Source of the DNA: Candidatus Electrothrix yaqonensis | GTDB taxonomy: Bacteria; Desulfobacterota; Desulfobulbia; Desulfobulbales; Desulfobulbaceae | Length of the DNA stretch: 32,000 bases | Direction: 5' to 3' | Assembly (NCBI GenBank): GCA_047651235.1 | Contig: CP178758.1 | Coordinates: forward strand, 810,001 to 842,000 | In this document: one piece after another, positions 28,023-32,000 of the stretch | Position numbering within the stretch: position 1 is the stretch's first letter | Layout: every line of letters begins with the position of its first letter | Position numbers and translations under genes: made by a program | The notes under the pieces: model-generated | What the model was told of the DNA's origin: nothing | Seen by the model: the letters and a program-made list of their open reading frames with translations, nothing else | Databases searched by the model: none

Positions 28023-28054
28023 AAAAAAAGATACGGCAGCCCATCCGGCTACCG
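28023..28054 (-). terminator. Intrinsic terminator forming the 3' end of the NYN-copy leader (candidate expression platform)
   Basis: Minus-sense: CGGUAGC-CGGAUGG-GCUGCCG (7-bp stem with one U-G pair), then UAUC and UUUUUUU. It lies 95 nt upstream of the NYN ATG. Confidence 0.65.
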
Positions 28055-28145
28055 GTGGCTTTTTGACACCGCCTCGCGACGGCTGTGGCTTTATCAGCTT
28101 CCGGTTTCCTCCGGAAAGCAGAGCGCCCGCTTAGTTTAAACTAAG
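28023..28145 (-). promoter_or_regulatory. Conserved structured 5' leader, copy N (upstream of the NYN gene)
   Basis: Its ~80-nt core differs from copy A at about 6 positions by eye. The GNRA loop is GCGA rather than GCAA. The 3' part is replaced by CCGG-UAG-CCGG plus the terminator. Confidence 0.6.
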
Positions 28146-28147
28146 GA

Positions 28148-28242
28148 ACGGGAATTAAATAACTGCCGCATTTCGTGGAAGCGATGCCCGTCATCATGTG
28201 CATCTCGATCAGGCAAACGTACCAGTTATTAAATCCTCATTC
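28148..28242. repeat. 95-nt insertion between the module motif and leader N, flanked by a 7-nt duplication (CTAAGGA)
   Basis: CTAAGGA at 28141-28147 and 28243-28249. In units A and B the sequences on either side are contiguous. The insert has an imperfect inverted repeat GGAATTAAATAACTG (28151-28165) / CAGTTATTAAATCC (28223-28236). Confidence 0.4.
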
Positions 28243-28273
28243 CTAAGGATTGCTTTATTTGTTATGATTCATG

Positions 28274-28296
28274 CGGAACGATTTGTGGCCGTTCCG
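28274..28296 (-). repeat. Module hairpin, copy N (CGGAACG-N9-CGTTCCG) next to ATGAATCATAACAAAT
   Basis: Perfect 7-bp stem, preceded (minus-sense) by TTTTCTCAGGCTGCGGAA and followed by CATGAATCATAACAAATAAAGCAATCCTTAG. Confidence 0.6.
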
Positions 28297-28388
28297 ATTC
28301 CGCAGCCTGAGAAAACGCGGCAAAGAACTGAACCGGTTCAGCCCTCTTTTCCCGAAACCCGTTCAGTTCTTCAAATCATGTCAAAGGA

Positions 28389-28598
28389 TTATCCCGCTGC
28401 CGGAGCAGTCTCCTCTGTGCCGGAAAGATCGCGGAGAAACATTTCCGCAGTCAGGGCCGCATCAACGGCTAAGATGGAATAAAAGAGGACAACATCAGGT
28501 AACAGGCCGAAAAACAGTTGGATATTACCGCGAACTGCCGGGCTGTTTGACTTGCTGAAACGGCTGGAGAGAAAGTTTGGATGGAATAAGGATTTCAT
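28389..28598 (-). CDS. Small membrane protein, family copy B (69 aa)
   Basis: ATG at 28598 with GGGAGG 6 nt upstream, the same arrangement as copy A: 'MKSLFHPNFLSSRF...VRGNIQLFFGLLPDVVLFYSILAV'. The 96-aa ORF in the track is a 5' extension into the leader. Confidence 0.55.
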   Translation of the reverse strand: MKSLFHPNFLSSRFSKSNSPAVRGNIQLFFGLLPDVVLFYSILAVDAALTAEMFLRDLSGTEETAPAAG

Positions 28599-28755
28599 AA
28601 CATACCTCCCGGTATAATAACGGTTAGAAGCAGGGAGCCCGGCTGTCTCTTCCTTTGGAGACCCGTGGTTTTCCGACACCGCCTTGCGACGGCTGTGGCT
28701 TTATCAGCTTTCCGTTTCCGTCCGGAAAGCAAGGCGCCCGCTTAGGTTAACTAAG
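28599..28755 (-). promoter_or_regulatory. Conserved structured 5' leader, copy B
   Basis: Collinear with copy A down to the SD. The second hairpin changes to CUUUCCG..CGGAAAG with pairing kept. The second junction is AAAACCAC. Confidence 0.6.
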
Positions 28756-28779
28756 GATTGCCATTTGTTATGATGCATA

Positions 28780-28801
28780 CGGAACGATCTGGGCCGTTCC
28801 G
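28780..28801 (-). repeat. Module hairpin, copy B (CGGAACG-N8-CGTTCCG) next to ATGCATCATAACAAAT
   Basis: Perfect 7-bp stem, followed (minus-sense) by TATGCATCATAACAAATGGCAATCCTTAG, which leads into leader B. Confidence 0.6.
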
Positions 28802-28949
28802 GCTCTGCAGCCGGAGAAAAAGCCGCAGAAAATTGAAGCAGCGTTTTCTTCTTTTTTGACGGGCGATAGAACATCGCCTGCACCCGATAAGAAATGCACA
28901 AAATGCATTCGGGTACGGACAGTCAGTTGCTGCTTCAAATATAAAAATG

Positions 28950-28978
28950 AACTTACCGTTTTTCGACTGCTCTGTCAA
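28950..28978 (-). promoter_or_regulatory. Sigma70-like promoter reading into the module array (TTGACA-N17-TAAGTT)
   Basis: Read on the minus strand: -35 TTGACA (28978-28973) and -10 TAAGTT (28955-28950), in the AT-rich tract upstream of the array. Confidence 0.4.
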
Positions 28979-29314
28979 CGGAAAAACAATGAAAAAATCT
29001 TTCAAATCAATATGATATATAGAAATAGGTATCATTCCCGAATCAATACTGAGCCGACTCTCATTTTAACATAGTTATTATAGTAAAATACATATGTTTC
29101 AATAATGAGAAAAAGTAAATTTGCTGTTCAATAACAGCGGAAAAAATAAGCAGTCCTGCATGAAAAAACTAATCCGACTGCGGCAGAGAAGGCCATGCTT
29201 GTCAAACATCTTCTGATCCGGTATGTTTGTTGTTCTCACAGCAACTGTGAAACCGGGGCGGCAGCAGCCTGCTCCACTTTTTATTTTTGGACAAACGGCC
29301 CAAGAAATATCGAC

Positions 29315-30973
29315 ATGGAAACACAACCGAGCAGAAAAACAAAATTTATTTTTATCACCGGCGGCGTTCTTTCGTCCTTGGGCAAAGGGCTGGCAGCGGC
29401 CTCCATCGGCGCTTTGCTGGAAAGCCGGGGCATGACCGTCACCTTTCAGAAGCTCGACCCCTATATCAATGTCGATCCCGGGACCATGAATCCCTTTCAG
29501 CACGGCGAGGTCTACGTCACTGATGACGGGGCTGAGACCGACTTGGACATGGGCCATTATGAGCGCTACACAGATGCAGTCATGGCCCAGATCAACAACT
29601 ACACCTCCGGCAGGATCTACTATTCGGTGATCATGAAGGAGCGCCGGGGTGAGTATCTGGGCGGTACTGTGCAGATGATCCCCCATATCACCGATGAGAT
29701 CAAACGTGCTGTGATGCAGCTTGACGGTACGGCAGACGTGGCAATCATCGAGATCGGCGGCACAGTCGGGGATATTGAGGGCCTGCCTTTTATCGAGGCC
29801 ATCCGCCAGCTGCGCGGCGATCTCGGCCATGAATACTCCCTGTATATCCATCTGACCTTGGTGCCGTTTATCAAGACTGCCGGGGAAATTAAAACCAAGC
29901 CCACCCAGCATTCGGTCAAGGAGCTGCTGGCCTCCGGAATCCAGCCGGATATCCTGATCTGCCGGACAGAAGTGCCGCTGGAGCAGTCAATCAAAAAGAA
30001 AATCGGTTTGTTTTGCAATATCGATGCCCGCTCCGTAATCACGGCCATTGATGTGAAGACCATCTACGAGCTGCCCCTGCGGCTGCATGAAGAAGATGCT
30101 GATGACCGGATTCTGGAAAAACTGGGGATCTGGACCGGTGCCCCCAATATCCGGCCCTGGCAGGATCTGGTCAGCAAAATTAATAATCCCAAACATACCG
30201 TCATGATCGGCATTACCGGAAAATATGTGGACCTGAAAGAGGCCTACAAGAGCCTGCATGAGTCCCTGATCCACGGCGGTATTGCCAATGAGACCAAGGT
30301 GGAGCTGAAATACATTGCTGCGGATAATCTGGAGGACGGACAGGATATCGGCGATTCCGTGGCTGAGCTTGCCCAGTGCGACGGTATTCTGGTGCCGGGC
30401 GGCTTCGGCAGCCGGGGGACTGAGGGGAAAATCAGGGCCATTACCTATGCACGGGAAAACAAAGTGCCTTTCTTCGGAATATGCCTGGGAATGCAGCTGG
30501 CTGTGGTGGAATTCTCCCGGGCAGTCGCCGGTATGGAAGAAGCAGATTCCAAAGAGCTGAACCCGGCAACCGATGATCCGGTCATCTACCTGATGAAGGA
30601 ATGGTATGATTTCCGCAGCGGCAGGACTGAAGTGCGGGATGAAAATTCCGATATGGGCGGCACCCTGCGCCTCGGAGCCTATCCCTGCAGGCTGCGCCGG
30701 GATACTCTGGCCCATGCTGCCTATCAGCAGGAGGAAATCAGCGAGCGGCACCGGCACCGCTATGAATTCAACAACCAATACAGGGAACGGCTGGAACAGG
30801 CCGGGCTGACAGTTAGCGGTACTTCTCCGGATGACACGCTGGTGGAAATTGTCGAACTGGCAGACCATCCCTGGTTTCTCGGATGCCAATTTCATCCGGA
30901 ATTCAAGTCCAGCCCCATGCAGCCGCATCCGCTGTTCCGGGAGTTCATCAAGGCGGCTCTGCATAATCAGTGA
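29315..30973 (+). CDS. pyrG: CTP synthase
   Basis: ATG at 29315 ('[25 protein letters not shown]'), 552 aa. GATase motifs 'GICLGMQ' and 'HRHRYEFN'. The upstream 40 codons of the 592-aa ORF are rejected. Confidence 0.95.
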   Translation: METQPSRKTKFIFITGGVLSSLGKGLAAASIGALLESRGMTVTFQKLDPYINVDPGTMNPFQHGEVYVTDDGAETDLDMGHYERYTDAVMAQINNYTSGRIYYSVIMKERRGEYLGGTVQMIPHITDEIKRAVMQLDGTADVAIIEIGGTVGDIEGLPFIEAIRQLRGDLGHEYSLYIHLTLVPFIKTAGEIKTKPTQHSVKELLASGIQPDILICRTEVPLEQSIKKKIGLFCNIDARSVITAIDVKTIYELPLRLHEEDADDRILEKLGIWTGAPNIRPWQDLVSKINNPKHTVMIGITGKYVDLKEAYKSLHESLIHGGIANETKVELKYIAADNLEDGQDIGDSVAELAQCDGILVPGGFGSRGTEGKIRAITYARENKVPFFGICLGMQLAVVEFSRAVAGMEEADSKELNPATDDPVIYLMKEWYDFRSGRTEVRDENSDMGGTLRLGAYPCRLRRDTLAHAAYQQEEISERHRHRYEFNNQYRERLEQAGLTVSGTSPDDTLVEIVELADHPWFLGCQFHPEFKSSPMQPHPLFREFIKAALHNQ

Positions 30974-31090
30974 GACAATAATTAATGAAATATCAGAATA
31001 CTGCCCCGTTCTTGCGGACGGGATAATGTACTTCCTGAATAATTTCTGAATGCATGCTGTACAAAAAAAATTCGGAACCTCTCCTCTTCC

Positions 31091-31948
31091 ATGAAAGATT
31101 TTGCCATTACAGCTCCTCCCGGAGTAAAACCTGTTCAAGTCGGCCCCGGTCACCCTCTTTTGCTTATGGCCGGTCCCTGCGCCCTGGAATCCGGTGAACT
31201 GGGCTGGCAGATTGCCAAGGAAATGAAGGCGATCTGCGAACGCCTGGGCATCTCCTATATCTTTAAAGCCTCATTTGACAAGGCCAACCGGACCTCGCTG
31301 GATTCGTTCCGCGGCCCGGGCCTGCGGAACGGGCTGCGTCAGCTCCAGCGTATCCGGCAGGAGGTGAGCGTGCCGGTGATGTCGGATGTCCATGAAACCA
31401 GCCAGATGGATCTTGCTGCCGATGCGCTGGATATTATCCAGATTCCTGCCTTTCTCTGCCGCCAGACCGACCTGCTGGTGGCGGCGGCTAAATCGGGCCG
31501 GACAGTCAACCTGAAAAAAGGTCAGTTTGTCTCTCCCTGGGACATGCAGCATGCTGTAAAAAAAGTTCGATCAGCAGGCTGTGACCGCATTCTCCTGACG
31601 GAACGGGGGACAAGTTTCGGGTATAATAACCTAGTCGTGGATATGCGCTCTCTGCCGGTCATGCGCTCCTTGGGCTGCCCAGTCATTTTCGACGCCACTC
31701 ATTCGGTGCAGCTGCCCGGTGGGATGGGCGGGAAATCCGGGGGCCAGCGCAAGTTCATCCCTTCCCTGAGCAGGGCTGCAATGGCTGCCGGGATTGATGG
31801 CCTGTTTATGGAAGTACATCCTGACCCGAATCAGGCCCTCTGCGATGGCCCCAACAGTGTTCCCCTGAACAAGGCAGAGCCGCTGCTCAGGCAGCTGCTG
31901 GCAATACGGGAAGCCGTTTGTGCAGTGACGGCAGCGACAGATGAGTAA
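31091..31948 (+). CDS. kdsA: 2-dehydro-3-deoxyphosphooctonate aldolase (KDO8P synthase)
   Basis: 285 aa with '[11 protein letters not shown]', '[11 protein letters not shown]' and '[13 protein letters not shown]'. Confidence 0.95.
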   Translation: MKDFAITAPPGVKPVQVGPGHPLLLMAGPCALESGELGWQIAKEMKAICERLGISYIFKASFDKANRTSLDSFRGPGLRNGLRQLQRIRQEVSVPVMSDVHETSQMDLAADALDIIQIPAFLCRQTDLLVAAAKSGRTVNLKKGQFVSPWDMQHAVKKVRSAGCDRILLTERGTSFGYNNLVVDMRSLPVMRSLGCPVIFDATHSVQLPGGMGGKSGGQRKFIPSLSRAAMAAGIDGLFMEVHPDPNQALCDGPNSVPLNKAEPLLRQLLAIREAVCAVTAATDE

Positions 31949-32000
31949 CTGTTCCGACTCCTCCGGCTGTTCCGGCTACTCTGACTGCAGCCTGACCCAG

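Larger units (their letters stand above)
25704..28863 (-). repeat. Array of repeated modules (hairpin/AT motif, conserved leader, cargo); approximate bounds marked by TTTTTTGACGGG at both ends
   Basis: Units at about 25976-26607 and 28243-28762 align along their whole length. A third leader copy lies at 28023-28145 and a decayed unit at about 25700-25975. The 12-mer TTTTTTGACGGG occurs at 25705-25716 and 28852-28863. Confidence 0.75.

Noticed and set aside
28198-28482. Plus-strand ORFs in the array from the track (28198..28482, 28271..28558, 25625..25954, 25734..25997, 28856..29074)
   Set aside because: They run antisense through leaders, module motifs and the 95-nt insertion. They have no RBS and are not conserved as proteins between units.
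28389-28679. 96-aa version of small ORF B starting at 28679, and the 65-aa/72-aa minus ORFs at 28704..28901 and 25545..25763
   Set aside because: The extension reads through the conserved leader, which is also present upstream of the unrelated NYN gene. The conserved SD-ATG is at 28598. The others overlap module motifs or terminators and share only nucleotide-level repeat similarity.
28755-28775. Sigma54 promoter in ATGGCAATCCTTAGTT
   Set aside because: A TGGCA is present in one copy but there is no GC element at the -12 position, and the GG is missing in the other copies (AAAGCAATCC).
25704-28863. Could the repeats be a CRISPR array?
   Set aside because: The repeat units are about 500-600 bp, contain ORFs and structured leaders, and show no short regular repeat-spacer periodicity. 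No cas genes are present in the window.
25704-28863. Integron-like gene cassettes, with the hairpins acting as attC sites
   Set aside because: No integrase gene or attI is present, and I could not recognise attC core sites. The hairpins are short and perfect rather than the bulged imperfect attC type. This remains only a loose analogy.
29195-29314. 40-codon N-terminal extension of pyrG
   Set aside because: CTP synthases begin at the conserved M..KFIF(I/V)TGGV motif, and the extension is Cys-rich nonsense.
1-32000. tRNA, rRNA, tmRNA, RNase P or SRP genes
   Set aside because: I scanned the intergenic regions by eye for cloverleaf-like or known conserved boxes and found nothing convincing. This is a weak negative without tRNAscan or Infernal.

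Overview
This is a roughly 50% G+C chromosomal segment. Its gene content suggests a Desulfobacterota (delta-proteobacterial) type genome, but that is a weak inference from protein sequences and the DapL lysine route, and I could not verify it here. Most of the window is housekeeping: a partial sugar transferase, a HEAT/cNMP/PilZ signalling protein, maf, dapL, an AmiC-like amidase, a MepK-like endopeptidase, ychF, grpE-dnaK, an HtrA-like protease, ubiB, a ClC channel, pyrG and kdsA. Accessory items are an intact 893-bp IS5-family element with a TTA target duplication, a secreted trypsin-like protease, an orphan 784-aa AAA+ protein, a truncated DUF2339 gene and a stand-alone RapZ C-domain. The stand-out region is about 25.7-29.0 kb, between the ClC gene and pyrG. 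It is a minus-strand array of repeated modules in which one highly conserved, multi-hairpin 5' leader RNA precedes three cargos: two related small transmembrane proteins and an unrelated, AT-rich NYN/LOTUS ribonuclease gene. The leader carries a GNRA-capped helix and twin AAAGCCAC junctions that recall GEMM-I cyclic-dinucleotide riboswitches. The NYN copy of the leader ends in an intrinsic terminator, while the small-ORF copies run straight into a strong Shine-Dalgarno site. I propose this is an RNA-sensor-gated effector cassette array. The riboswitch assignment comes from memory of one reference sequence and needs Infernal and covariation testing. No rRNA, tRNA or CRISPR array was seen.
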